Shown here: positions 11,009 to 23,117 of the stretch, one piece after another
Numbering within the stretch: position 1 is the stretch's first letter
How the letters are laid out: each line of letters begins with the position of its first letter
Origin: Octopus sinensis
Taxonomy: Eukaryota
Reading direction: 5' to 3'
DNA: 24,211 nucleotides
Assembly: GCF_006345805.1 (NCBI RefSeq)
Contig: NW_021836458.1
Location: 1-24,211 of the forward strand
Program-made: the position numbers and the translations under genes
The notes under the pieces: model-generated
Database searches by the model: none
Told to the model about the DNA's origin: nothing
The model's input: the letters and a program-made list of their open reading frames with translations, nothing else

Positions 11009-12784
11009 TCTGTTGTTGTTGTTATTGTTATAAACAATTATTGGCAATGGAATTGCAGAACCGGTGAAGCGTCGGTCGAAAAAAAACTCTTGCGATATAT
11101 GTTCTGGTTCTTTACATTTAGAATTCAATTTTTGATGAGATCAACTTTGCGCATCAAGCCTCGTGGATCGATCAAATAAGGAACCAATCAAGTATCGGTA
11201 TCGATCATATCAAATAATACTCTCAAAACTGTTCTGGTACATTTTAATTAGGAACCCAGCTCCCGGCGGGTCCGGAATATGCTGGCTGTATATTCAATCC
11301 TTCTGTATTTGAATGGCACGCTCCGAGCTCTCCCTAAGTTCCCTAACTAAAAATGTACCAACACAAAGCAACACCATATGCACATTCCATAACTTCCCGA
11401 TCAATGATGAAAATGCATGTCTGTGGTGTATAAAATCACGTGTAATAAATGCATTAAGTCTTACATCGGAAGTACCATCAGACAGATGCACGTACAGGTT
11501 AAAAAACCGTCTCTGTGTTAACGGCTCTCCCGTGAAAAAAAATCACCTACGGAAACATGAAACCCAAGACACGGCACAGAACGAAACCTTATCGTAACCA
11601 AATCGAACTACACACAGCTGGTTGGCTATTATAACAATGCTATCCTGTGAATGCAAAGCAACGTCCTACATACATACATATGCACATACTACAAAACAGG
11701 AAAGCCAGCTCGCAAAATCCAGTTCTCCGAAGCTTTTCTGAGGAAGGGGTCCTATCTACGATCAATCGTCACAACTACGTTTATGGTTTTGGCATGACTT
11801 GATAAGCTTTCTCCATACTGGTCAGTTTTTCGCTTGAGTTTGCCACTTATTATAATCAACTAGCTGACCCCGTACCGTCAATATGTATACGACAAATTGT
11901 AGTATTTTATATATAAAGAAGATACATAATGATCACACATACAAGCATTCACATACTTCCTTTGTACACGCACGCACATACACACAGATACTCAGAGTTG
12001 AAACGCTGTTTCATTTTTTCACCCCTTACTTCCTTATTCATCTATCACACCCTTCCTTTCTCTCAATGATATTACTTTCTCTCATCCCCTCTCAGTCAGG
12101 GCTATAACTCTCACTACTTCTCCTTCACTGATTAGTATTTTCTCCCCTCCTCCGGCGTGATTCTGGACAAATGTATATATATATAATTTGTAAATAAATA
12201 TAGGGATGGTTAAAATACCATCACGAGTGGTAAGCGAATTATCAGCCGTACAGGCAAATTAATAAAATATATACATACAATATTAGATATGTACATATAT
12301 TCACAAGGGTACTACATGAGTACCTATATCGCTAAAGATTGAAGTCAAAAAATACTTCTGTACCACCGAATAGTCACAAATCTATTACAGACATGATAGA
12401 AAAAAATATCAGTGAACAATAATAATGTCTTACCTCAAATGGGTCAGAACAAGTAAATGCTGGTCAACCTGGTACCTTTTCGAAATTTAGCGCCAAATAG
12501 GTACCTGATTTCTCATCAGCCAAAGTCCGCCAGCTAAACTACTACTAACATTCTCCCCCATCAAGCCTGCAAAAGTTCGTATATATACATATATATACAC
12601 ACAAATATATAATAACACTACGCTCAATATTATATTAGGAGATTCCTTTCCACTTCCGTTTTGCCGTATGTTTAAATCTAAGTCTAAGTCCCCTGGTTTC
12701 TTTTCCCCTTCCATAGCCAGGAGTAAAGGATTTGTCTGGGGAGTCTGTTGTGCCCATCCTGTGTACGGAAACCAATTTACGCAA

Positions 12785-12875
12785 TCAATAAAATAAGTGC
12801 CAGTTGAGCACTGGAATCGATGTAAGGGATTCTCCTGACCCCCCAAAATTTCAGGCCTTATGCCTATAGTAGCCC
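12785..12875 (+). mobile_element. SINE 3' half remnant
   Basis: ataaaataagtgccagttgagcactgg..caaaatttcaggccttatgcctatagtag. Confidence 0.6.
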
Positions 12876-12978
12876 AACCAACGTAAATTTCTTTCAATGT
12901 GGATCTCCACCATAGGAGACGGACCTAACCGCGAAATATCAAGATACAAGTTAAAAGTACAAGCCATCGACATATTTG

Positions 12979-12980
<2 letters not shown>

Positions 12981-13040
<60 letters not shown>
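12981..13040. repeat. (GT)30 microsatellite just upstream of FABP exon 3
   Basis: Visible directly in the sequence. Confidence 0.95.
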
Positions 13041-13043
<3 letters not shown>

Positions 13044-13093
13044 TCACTTAATCAGTCAACGTTCTTATTTTTGCATTATTCTTCGACTTTCAG

Positions 13094-13207
13094 TCAACGT
13101 TTACCGTTGAAGACGGTGCCTTGAAACAGATACAACGTGCCACGAAATCGGGAGGCGTTGATTCAATAATAATTCGGAAACTGCAAGAAGACGGAACCAT
13201 GATCGCG
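13094..13207 (+). CDS. FABP: FABP coding exon 3
   Basis: After tttcAG it reads STFTVEDGALKQIQRATKSGGVDSIIIRKLQEDGTMIA, then GTaagc. 114 nt, phase 0/0, in frame with exon 2, and keeps the Arg of the ligand-binding strand (IIIRK). Intron 2 is 7894-13093 (5200 nt). Confidence 0.9.
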
Positions 13208-13477
13208 GTAAGCAACTTATTCATGTTGTTATTGTCGTCGTCGTCGTCGTTGTTTCTGTTGTCTTTGTTGTTGCTGTTGTTGCTGTTGTTGAATTATGTA
13301 AGACATAAAGAATACGGTGATGGTAATGATGATGATGAGGAGGAGAAGAAGGAGAAGAAGTGAAAGAAATAGAAGGAAAAAAAGAAGGAAGAGGTGGCAG
13401 ACATTAGTAGTATGATGCTATTGTTCTTCAGCTAAATTTTCCTCCAAAATGTCTTTTACTATTATTATTATTATTAC

Positions 13478-13535
<58 letters not shown>

Positions 13536-14091
13536 GAGTGAGAGAGCAGTGCATGCCATCAAAGTGACACTGGGGTAAAATATACGAAGCCCAATATACC
13601 CATCATGACTACCCGTCTGATAAAGGTACACCAGGCACATGCATCACAACCATATGTGCGCGACATGGTGATCTCATATCAAGATAAACAGCACATGACC
13701 TTGCAGGTGGAGCCCAGTTAGAATTTTCTTCAGGTTGAGTAGCCCATCCCGCTCAAACGGTCCCTGAATAAGGGTTGTTTAAGGATGTTGAAAGAACCAC
13801 CCATGTTTCCAGAGGTGAACTATTCAAGCCCCAAAGAATCCCTCTCAACACATGGCTATGATGCTCCCCCACTACTTCTGCTCGTGATCAGAGATGCACA
13901 TATCGTCAGCCACTTAGGGACATGCTCAACTGGTTACGGTCAAACAACTGACAAGCAAATCTGTGGTATTGAGCAGAATATTTGCTGTAGCCCATCTTTT
14001 ATACCAAGACAAAACAATGTACATGATAACACTTCCGATCAGTTAAGATCAGAAGCCATGAGAGCCACTGCCTGGTACTGCATCAGGGCAT
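13536..14091 (-). mobile_element. Same non-coding retroelement 3' fragment, copy 2 (longer), between (TTA)n tracts
   Basis: Inverted homolog of 5288-5724, with (TTA)n at 13457-13535 and 14092-14126. Confidence 0.75.
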
Positions 14092-14126
14092 TTATTATTA
14101 TTATTATCATTATTATTATTATTATT

Positions 14127-16774
14127 CAGTAGTTTTATTTTTATAGCGTGCTTTCACTTCACTACCGAGCGCAGTTCTGTGCGCCTTGGGTATGTGCTGT
14201 GATTTGTTGTGATGCTCTGATGGTTATTGTATAGAAAGTGTTCTGCGTAGGATGTGTGCAGTGCCCAGTAGTGCAATTTTCTGTATGTTATATGTGTTTG
14301 TAAGTCCTGGTGTTTTTGTTATGTATTTGTCTGAATATTTTTTTATCATGCATAATGCACCTACTATGATAAGAATTGTTTCTGTTTTTAGATTCCACAT
14401 TCTGGTTACCTCTATTTCCAGGTCTTTGTACTATTATTATTATCATTATTATTTTTTTTTTTCTTCTTTCAAATTTTCTTCCATTTCTTGCCGAGTGTCT
14501 TCCCGACTCCTAGGGCAAAGAAACTCATAGTGTATATTGGTAGGCCATTAAACCAAACTCAGTAGTTCGTTCATTTTTTTTTTTTTTTTTTTAAAGTTAA
14601 ATTAAAATACATGAGCAGCAACAGTTCTCACATCGACAATGCTCTTCTCAATACGTGTGATGTACAGTTAAGACAATCTTTTGCACTTCTTGCAGGGATG
14701 GTAAGCCAGGGATCATTCTCATATAATTTTCGGTTCCCTTCTTGATCATTCCTAGTGCTCCTACGATCACGGTATTGTAACCGCCTTGAGATGCCACATT
14801 TTCTCAATTTCAATGAGTAGGTCTTTATATTTTCTGAGCTTGTCAAACTCTTTCGCTGAGATATTATGATCACAAGGGATGCTCATGTCGATCAATAAGC
14901 AAACTTTATTGTTTTGGTCTTTCACAACAATATCTGGTTTATTGGCCTTGATGGTTCGGTCTGTATGTACTGGAAAGTCCCACAGAATGGTTACATTTTC
15001 TCCTTCAGTTACAGCCTCAGGGTGGTGATTATACCACTTGTCGGCAGTTTTGATATTGTAATGCCGACTTATTAGCCAGTGGAGATATTGGCCAACTCTG
15101 TCATGTCTTAATTATACTCCACTGGTGCTAAGACTTTACATCCAGAGATTAGGTGGTCCACTGTTTCAATCATGTCGTTGCAGAATCGGCATTTTGGGTC
15201 TGCTCCATTTTTCATCACATTGGCCTGGTAGTTCCGGGTTAATAGGCTTTGATCTTGAGCAGCCAGGATGAAACCTTCGCTCTCTGCTTTTAGCCCTGAG
15301 CTCCGCAGCCACTGATGGGTTTGCTTCTGGTCAACATCAGCTTGTTTAATGCGGGTCACATATTTGCCGTGCAGAGGTTTCTCCTCCCACCTATCAGCCA
15401 ATTGCTCGTGCGCTTTTTTCATTGCCATCATTTTCACCTTCTTTGCAACAATAGTTGCCGTACTTCCCTCGGGTTGTTCAGTTTGGGTATCCTGCACGAG
15501 ATCAATAGCAAATTTTTTGCTTTCCCTGATGATAGAATGAAGCTTCTTTCGTCTCTCGTGATTTTCCACGAGCTTTAGCATCCAGTCATTCGATATTTCG
15601 AGATATTTGGCCAGTCCAATTGTGGTTGTTTTGTAATCTAGTTCAAATTGGATCAGGCCTCGACCTCCTTGGGCTCTGGGAAGGTAAAGGCGATCTACGT
15701 CTGCCATTGGGTGGTGCATCCAATTACAACTCAGCAGCTTGCGTATTTTTCTATCTATATTCTTTACTTCACTCATATTCCAGTTCAACACATTGTAGCT
15801 ATAAGTAACAACTGGAACTGCTAAGGAATTTATAGCTAACACCTTGTTACGTGCATTTAGTTCAGATTTCAGGACTGCACGAACTCTCCTATAACATTCC
15901 TTCCTGATTTTCTCTTTCATGCTTGCATGCTGAATACCAGAGCCTTCATTTATCCCTAAATATTTGTATGTCTGTTCTTGCTCAAGCTCTCTTATGACTG
16001 TGTCAACATCTAACACGACTGAATTTGTGGTCTTCACTTTCCCTTTCTGGAAAGTGGCCTTGGCACACTTCTCAAGTCCAAACTCCATCCCGATGTCATC
16101 GCTGAATGCTTTCACGGTGCGCAATAGGCCTTCAAGTTCATTATTGTCTTTACCATAAAGTTTTAAGTCATCCATATAAAATAGATGGCTTATTTTTTTA
16201 TTGGCAATTTTATACCATACCCTGTTCTGTTTAATTCACTTGTAAGGGGTATTAGGGCTATGCAGAATATTAAAGGTGAAAGTGAGTCACCTTGAAAAAT
16301 TCCACAGTTGATGTTTATATTTTCTGAGGCAAGTACTCCATTAGAGTGGTATAATTGGAGATTCGTATTCCACAACGACATATTGTGCTTCAGGAAGTTT
16401 GAAATCACAGGGGAAATTTTAAAGATGTCCAGCGATCTCAAGATCCATGGATGCGGTATACTGTCGAAGGCCTTTTTATAGTCAATCCATGCGGTGCTGA
16501 GATTTCTGCGCTTGTTGTGACAGTTCTCAAGGATCATACGATCGATTAGCAGTTGATCTTTGCATCCGTAAGAGCCTCGGCGGCACCCTTTTTGTTCAAT
16601 GGGGAAAATATCGTTCTTCTCCATGAATGCATATGTTTTCTCCGCCAGGATAGATGTTAGGATTTTATACGTGGTGGATAGACAGGTTATAGGCCGATAG
16701 TTTTTTGGAAGGTTGGTTTCGTTATTCTTTGGGAGTAGGTAAGTAATGCCACTTGCTAACCATTCAGGTGTTTT
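14127..16774 (-). mobile_element. 5'-truncated R4/Dong-like non-LTR retrotransposon (RT, CCHC knuckle, restriction-like endonuclease, about 500 bp 3' UTR)
   Basis: RT motifs NYRPITCL, WIDYKKAFDS, GIFQGDSLSP, YMDDLKLY; knuckle CRFC..ETVDHLISGC; RLE motifs KPDIVVKD..LLIDMSIP..KE.DKL.KY. Stop at 14628-14630. Four -1 frameshifts (about 16214, 15112, 14770, 14665). Ends in (AAT)n on its sense strand. Confidence 0.93.

Positions 16775-16851
<77 letters not shown>
16773..16851. repeat. (TTC)n followed by (TTA)n microsatellite at the 5' junction of the Dong-like LINE
   Basis: Visible directly in the sequence. Confidence 0.95.
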
Positions 16852-16855
16852 GATA

Positions 16856-17071
16856 GAGGGCGGTTAGCTGGCAGAATCGTTAGCACGCCGGACACCGAGT
16901 GAAGGGCTTTGCGGTATTTCGTCCGTCTTCACGTTCTGAGTTCAAATTCCGCCGATTTTGCCTTTCATCCTTTCGGGGACCAATAAAATAAGTACCAGCT
17001 GAAAACTAGGGTTGATGTAATTGACTCATCCCCTCCCCAAAATTGCTGCCCTTGTGGCAAAATTTGAAACC
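16856..17071 (+). mobile_element. tRNA-derived SINE (same family) with (ATT)n tail
   Basis: agctggcagaatcgttagcacgccgg..gagttcaaattccgccg..gcctttcatcctttcgggg..ataagtaccag..aatttgaaacc(ATT)n. Confidence 0.85.
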
Positions 17072-17081
17072 ATTATTATTA

Positions 17082-17144
<63 letters not shown>

Positions 17145-17203
17145 TATTATTATTATTGTTATTATTATTATTATTATTATCATTGTCATCATCATCATCG
17201 TCA

Positions 17204-17243
<40 letters not shown>
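17072..17243. repeat. (ATT)n/(CAT)n microsatellite
   Basis: Visible directly in the sequence. Confidence 0.95.
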
Positions 17244-17244
<1 letters not shown>

Positions 17245-17245
17245 G

Positions 17246-17320
17246 AAGGCGGCGAGCTGGCAGAATTATTAGCACGCCAAGCAAAATAATTCGCAGTATT
17301 TCGCCCGTCGCTACATTCGG
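17246..17320 (+). mobile_element. SINE 5' head only
   Basis: aaggcggcgagctggcagaatt..agcacgcc..gtatttcgcccgtcgctac. Confidence 0.7.
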
Positions 17321-17540
17321 AAATAAAAGGTTTGATGAGAGAGTGAGAGAGAAAGAGAGAAAGAGAGAGTCATAGATAGAGAGAGGTGATGATGGAGAAA
17401 TGGGAAATGAGTGTACGGCAAAAGAAGAAGAAAGAAAAAAGCAAACAAAACAACAAATAGAATTCGAAATAGCTTGCAATACGTTTCGTATGTATGGGCT
17501 GCAGGTCTTTGTATGTGTGCGTGCGTGTGTGTGTGTGTGT

Positions 17541-17612
<72 letters not shown>

Positions 17613-18064
17613 TTGTGTGTGTTTGTGTGTTTAAAGGAAAGACAAAGGGAAAGAAAACAGAGAACCTTTAAGAGAGCAGAAGGAAGAAAGATAAGAGAAT
17701 GACAGAGAGAAATGGAAATGTGAGAATAGAAATGAACCGGAAGTGACGCCATTTTTACTATTACTTCATCTTTTAATCACCATTGAAATTTATTCATGGA
17801 ATTGTTTGTATTGTTTAAGTGGCACTGACTGCGTATATAAAACGTATGTGCATTAGCGGGGCTGTGTGTACGTGTATAAACTACCTGCGTTCCTGATGGG
17901 CTGGGCAAGTGATGGATGTATATGTGTGTTTGTGAGTGTGTGAGTGTGCTCGCGCGTTTGTGCACGAGTCTGTGTGTGTGTGCGTTTGCTTTTTCAGAAT
18001 AATGTATAACTTTAACCTAATATATACACACGTTTATACATTAGATATATATGAATATACACAT

Positions 18065-18155
18065 ACACCTTGGGCAAGTGTCTGCTACTATAGCCTTGTG
18101 AGTTGATTTGGTAAACGGAAACTGAATGAAGCCTGTCGTATATATGTTTGTACAT
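18065..18155 (+). mobile_element. Second-family SINE internal fragment
   Basis: ccttgggcaagtgtctgctactatagccttgtgag..tttggta.acggaaactgaa.gaagcctgtcgtata. Confidence 0.7.
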
Positions 18156-18654
18156 ATATTTTCCCCTGCTTCGTCTTTGTGATATACTTGTATCCCTACA
18201 CACAGTCCCTAGAATAATCCTCTATACTTTTAAATCCGTGGCGCCCAGGATGACTGGTCAGTGTGTCCATATCTTAAAACATGACAACTCATTCCCAGAC
18301 AACTGATGCCAGGACAATTGAAATTTAGGACAATTGATTAGCAGGACAGACAACAACTCATAACAGGTATAAAGTGATATGTACTTCACTACATAACAAG
18401 AATATGAGTTCTGACGAGGATCGCAGATGGACTGATAAAAGTTTATGAATAGTCTAGTTATTGGGTCTGGAGAGAGTCATTCTGTTTTAATGCCTTATTA
18501 ATTAACACACTCTCCGGTTCGATTTCCACTCATTTATTCATGTTTTTCTAAAATTTTCGTTGTTTCTTGCGACCTCTTCAATTAAGTTTAAATTATTTTA
18601 TTCGCACGGATTGAATTGATACGACAGGCTAATGAAACATCTCCCCTTTCGCAC

Positions 18655-18678
18655 TCTCTATCTCTCTTTCTCTCTCTG

Positions 18679-18727
<49 letters not shown>

Positions 18728-18987
18728 TTATCTATCTATTTATCCCTATCTATCTATTTATCTTTCTCTCTCGCTATCAATCTATCTCTCTCTCTCCCTA
18801 CCTATCTATTTATCTCTCTCTCTCTCTATCTATCTATCTATTTATATCTCTCTCAATCTCTATTTATCTCTCTATCTATCTATCTATCTGTCTATTTATC
18901 TCTCTCTCTCTCTCTCTATTTATATATATCTCTCTATCTATTCATCTCTTTCTCTATGTATCTCTTTCTCTCTATCTATCTATCTAT

Positions 18988-19022
<35 letters not shown>

Positions 19023-19113
19023 ACTCTCTCCCTCTCCGTCTTTCCCTTTCTCCCGCTCTCTCTCCCTCTCTCCCTCTCTCCCTCTCTCCCTCTCTCTCTT
19101 TCTTTCTTTCTTT
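18655..19113. repeat. Compound (TCTA)n/(TC)n pyrimidine-rich tract
   Basis: Visible directly in the sequence. Confidence 0.95.
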
Positions 19114-19464
19114 TAAGGTATTTATAAAGCGGTTTGTTACCCGAAATATCAAAACTAATTAAATATTTCCAAGATAACATTTCACTATCTTTGTTATTGT
19201 TGTTAGTGATATTTAAAGTTCGATCGGCAGTCTTACATCCTTTTATAATGCAATGCTTTTCTGCCAATTCCGCAATACAGAAATCAAGCTACATTGCCAT
19301 TCTTCCATTATAGATTCATGTACATCTAGAGACGAATGAAATAGCCAGGAATATTATGAACTTTTTAATAGACTCCTCAAACATATGAAAATTTAAACAA
19401 TAATGCTTTCTCGCACCAGCACGGAACCATATTTTTTGTAGCAGTGGTGATGATAGTTTTGGCA

Positions 19465-19825
19465 TTTACTTGTTCCAGTCATTGGACAACGACCATACTG
19501 GTACACTGCCTGGAAGGGATTTTCTACAACAAATAGCCCCCTCAGTACTTATTATATCGGTCTTTTTTTAGCCATACTGCTAGGTTACGGAGATGTAGAC
19601 AAACCTACACCAATTGTCAAACGAGGGTAGGGCAAACAGGGACACAAAGACACACATATATTTATACAGATTGTATACTACAGGCTTCCACACAGTTTCC
19701 GTCGACTAAATTCATTCAGAAGACTTTGGTTGACGCATAGCTATTCAAGAAGATGCATGCTTAAGGAAACTGAAACCCCATGATGGCAAAACCAGCTGCT
19801 TGACCACACTGCCGTGCCTGCGCCT
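19465..19825 (-). mobile_element. Diverged second-family SINE copy
   Basis: cagtcattgga..gtacttatt.tatcggtcttttt..cagtttccgtc.actaaattc..gaccacactgccgtgcctgcgcct. Confidence 0.65.
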
Positions 19826-20108
19826 CTTTCAATTCTGTCTTTTACTTTTTTTTTTCAACAACACTCAAATGACAAAATACGTTAAGCCAATACCAATAGG
19901 ATTTGATCTTACAAATGGGGAAATAACTCAACAGCACATTGTGTTTTGTCATGCTGCCCCACTATTCCTGTCGCAGCACACACCAAACTTTAAATTAAGC
20001 ATTAAACGTGTCATGTGAGTCTGTGTATGCGCGTATGTATGCGTGCAAGTGAGTCTGCATGCATATGTCATATATTTTACGTAATTGTATGCATATATAC
20101 ACACACAC

Positions 20109-20149
<41 letters not shown>

Positions 20150-20170
20150 AAAATCATACATACACACATA

Positions 20171-20213
<43 letters not shown>

Positions 20214-20999
20214 CATATGAATCTAAACAGTAAAAATGTCTTGTGAGTTTGCTCACGTGCAAACGTGTATGTGGTAAGGAATATGCATGGGTGTGTGTGT
20301 GTGTGTGAGTGTGTGTCTGTGAATGTATGTATGTGCATGTATGTGCATGTATGTATATTTATATATTGTATACATATACATACACATATATATATATATA
20401 TCTTTACACACACACACACATACATACATATCTATGCATATAATTGCATGATCTCTTGTGCATGAAGATACATGAAACCACACATAGGCACACAAGCACT
20501 CTCACACACACACACACACACGCACACACACACATACTCACACATATATATACGCACTCTTCTTCTCCCACCCCACCCCACACACACCCACATCCTCCCA
20601 CTACCATCTGCTTGCACGTATACAATAAGAGTCGCTGGCAAGATAATACATTCACTTGTGTAAGCTTTTAAACAATGCTGTTGGAAATTTTCTTTTTCTC
20701 TATTCCACAAACATCGCATCGCGTCTTTACTTTTCTCTCTTTGTCTTAATCCATTATCTTATTTATTACTTGTTTGTCGTTTTTCTTTCCTATAACTTAT
20801 CATTTCGTATATTCTCTGGCTGTCTTCGAGAGCAGTGATCTATCTGATGTTCCAGAGATGAGCTTATCTGGCCATCTTAACGAGAGCTTTTCTCTGAAAC
20901 GGTCTTTTATGGAACTAAATCAAATGAAGGTTCGCCTGCAAAATAAGCATGTATATACGTGAGTATGTGGGTTACATATGCGTCTTTGTATGAACGCAT

Positions 21000-21102
21000 G
21001 TAGTACATGTACATATATAATATCTATACATACATACATACATACATACATACACATACATACATACATACATATATACATAAATGTACATGTATATATA
21101 TG

Positions 21103-21166
<64 letters not shown>

Positions 21167-21521
21167 CATACATATATATACAACGTACAGGTATATACAT
21201 ACATGTATGTATATGTATACATATATATATGTACATGTAGGTATATATATATGCGTATATACATATATACATATATATATGTATATATATATGTACATAT
21301 ATGCATATATGTGTGTGTGTATATATATAAATGTACATGTATATATGTATGTATTTGTATATACATATATATATACATACATATACATATATATATACAT
21401 ATATCTGTATATATATATATATATAAAACGTACATGCATATATTTGTTTGTATATACAAACATATATATAACGTACAGGTAGGTATATGTATGTATATGC
21501 GTATATACATATACATATATG

Positions 21522-21575
<54 letters not shown>

Positions 21576-21620
21576 CATGTATATTTGTGTGTGTGTGTAT
21601 GTATATGTGCATGTATGTAT
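21000..21620. repeat. Compound (TA)/(TACA)/(TG) alternating purine-pyrimidine tract
   Basis: Visible directly. It is the source of the Y/I/C/V/M-rich spurious ORFs. Confidence 0.95.
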
Positions 21621-21724
21621 AATGTAGTACACAAGAGTGCATGTATCCATTATACCTTTGTATGTAAGTATCTATCCTGTATATGAGTGTGTTTTGGCAT
21701 GTATATATGTTAGCATGCGCTTTG

Positions 21725-22045
21725 ATATGCTGGTTTAGCGGTTAAGTTATGCGGCTCGTCATCGCAAGGTTGCGAGTTCGATTGCTGGCGGTTCGTTGTA
21801 GCATTAAGCAAGACATTTTATTTCACGTAGCTCCAGTCCACTGTACTGGCAAGAATGAGTAGTACTTGTATTTCAAAGGAACGGCCTTGTCACACTCTGT
21901 GCCACGTTGAATCTCACTCTAAAAATTATGTTAAGGGTACGTGTGTCTGTGGAGTACTCAGCCACTTGCACGTTAATTTCACGAGCAGGCTGCTCCGTTG
22001 TTCGGATCAACTGTAACACGCATCGTCGTAACTGACGGTGTGCCA
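21725..22045 (+). mobile_element. Third tRNA-derived SINE family
   Basis: A/B-box-like head (gtttagcggttaag..gcgagttcgattgc), then agcaagacattttatttcac..gctccagtccact and cacttgcacgttaatttcacgagcaggctg. Partly related to 2110-2310 on the - strand. Confidence 0.65.
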
Positions 22046-22062
22046 TATATGTATATGTGTGA

Positions 22063-22370
22063 CTGGCGTAGGAGTGGCTGTGCGGTAGGGAACTTGCTTC
22101 CCAACCACATGGTTCCAGTTTCAGTGCCACTGCATGGCACCTCGGGCAAGTGTCTTCTACTATAGCCGACAAAAGCCTTGTGAGTGAATTTGGTAGACGA
22201 AAACTGAAAGAAGCCTGTCGTATGTGTGTGTGTGTGTATTTGTGTATCTGACAACCTGTGTTGGTGTGTTTACCTCCCCGTAACTTAGCGGTTCGATAAA
22301 AGTGACCGTTAGAATAAGTACTAGGCTTACAAAGAATAAGTTCTGGGGTCGATTTGCTCGACTAAAGGTG
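22063..22370 (+). mobile_element. Second SINE family copy
   Basis: ggcgtaggagtggctgtg.ggta..cttgcttcccaaccacatggttcc..gggcaagtgtcttctactatagcc..ggggtcgatttgctcgactaaagg. Confidence 0.85.
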
Positions 22371-22400
22371 ACACAAGTAAAATAATAAATAGAGTGTGTG

Positions 22401-22463
<63 letters not shown>

Positions 22464-22543
22464 CTAGCTCGCTAGCTAGGTAGATAGGTACGTCAGTAGG
22501 TAGATAGATAGATAGATAGATAGATAGATATAGATAGATAGAT

Positions 22544-22862
22544 TGGCGTTGGCATAGCTGCATGGTTAAGAGTCTCACTTTGCAATCACGTAGGTTTGGG
22601 TTCAGTCCTATGGCGCGGCATCTTAGGCAAGTCCCTTCCACCAGAACCACGGATCGATCAATACCTTGACAGGGAATATGACAGTCAGAAACAGTGACAT
22701 CTGATGCGCCTGTCTTTGTGTTTGTGTTGAGTTTGTCCCCGCTTAACAGTCAGCGGTTTGTAGCCTGATAGAATAATTCCCAGATTTAAAATATTTCCTA
22801 GGGAGGTTTTGTTCGGCCAAACCTTTAAAGGTGGTGCTCCAGCATCGCCGTAGTCCATTGAA
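22544..22862 (+). mobile_element. Diverged second-family SINE copy
   Basis: Degenerate head (ggttaagag..gggttcagtcc..ggcaagt) and tail (ggtggtgctccagcat.gccg.agtcca). Confidence 0.6.
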
Positions 22863-23019
22863 AGTTTAAAAAAATAAATATATATATATTCTTTTGTTCA
22901 TTGGTTCTTTGTCCTTTAACCCGTCTCACTAAAACACTTTCTTCCGCGATCTCGCCTTCTTTCTCAATCCATTTCTTCCTCTTCTGTATATTACCTCTCA
23001 ATTCTCGCTTTCTCTTTCA

Positions 23020-23069
<50 letters not shown>

Positions 23070-23117
23070 CTATCTACCTATCTATCTATCTATCTATCTA
23101 TCTACCTATGTATCTAC

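Noticed and set aside
11230-11600. ORFs of 94 aa (+) and 65 aa (-) in non-repetitive-looking sequence
   Set aside because: No recognisable domain or convincing splice sites; possibly a decayed transposon, but unsupported.
10365-12780. Exact 16-mer ACGGAAACCAATTTAC at 10365 and 12765
   Set aside because: The flanks do not align, and one 16-bp match in 24 kb of AT-rich DNA is near chance expectation.
18616-19162. SIYL/YLSI-rich ORFs
   Set aside because: Translation of (TCTA)n/(TC)n.
19885-19900. Tandem CCAAT boxes
   Set aside because: Short motifs with no associated start site or exon.
20835-20910. CTGATGT...GAAACGGTC hammerhead-like words
   Set aside because: Stems I and II cannot be formed in register.
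20920-21650. Long overlapping ORFs of 130-240 aa
   Set aside because: They are translations of (TA)/(TACA)/(TG) repeats that lack stop codons; composition is almost only Y, I, C, V, M, H, T.
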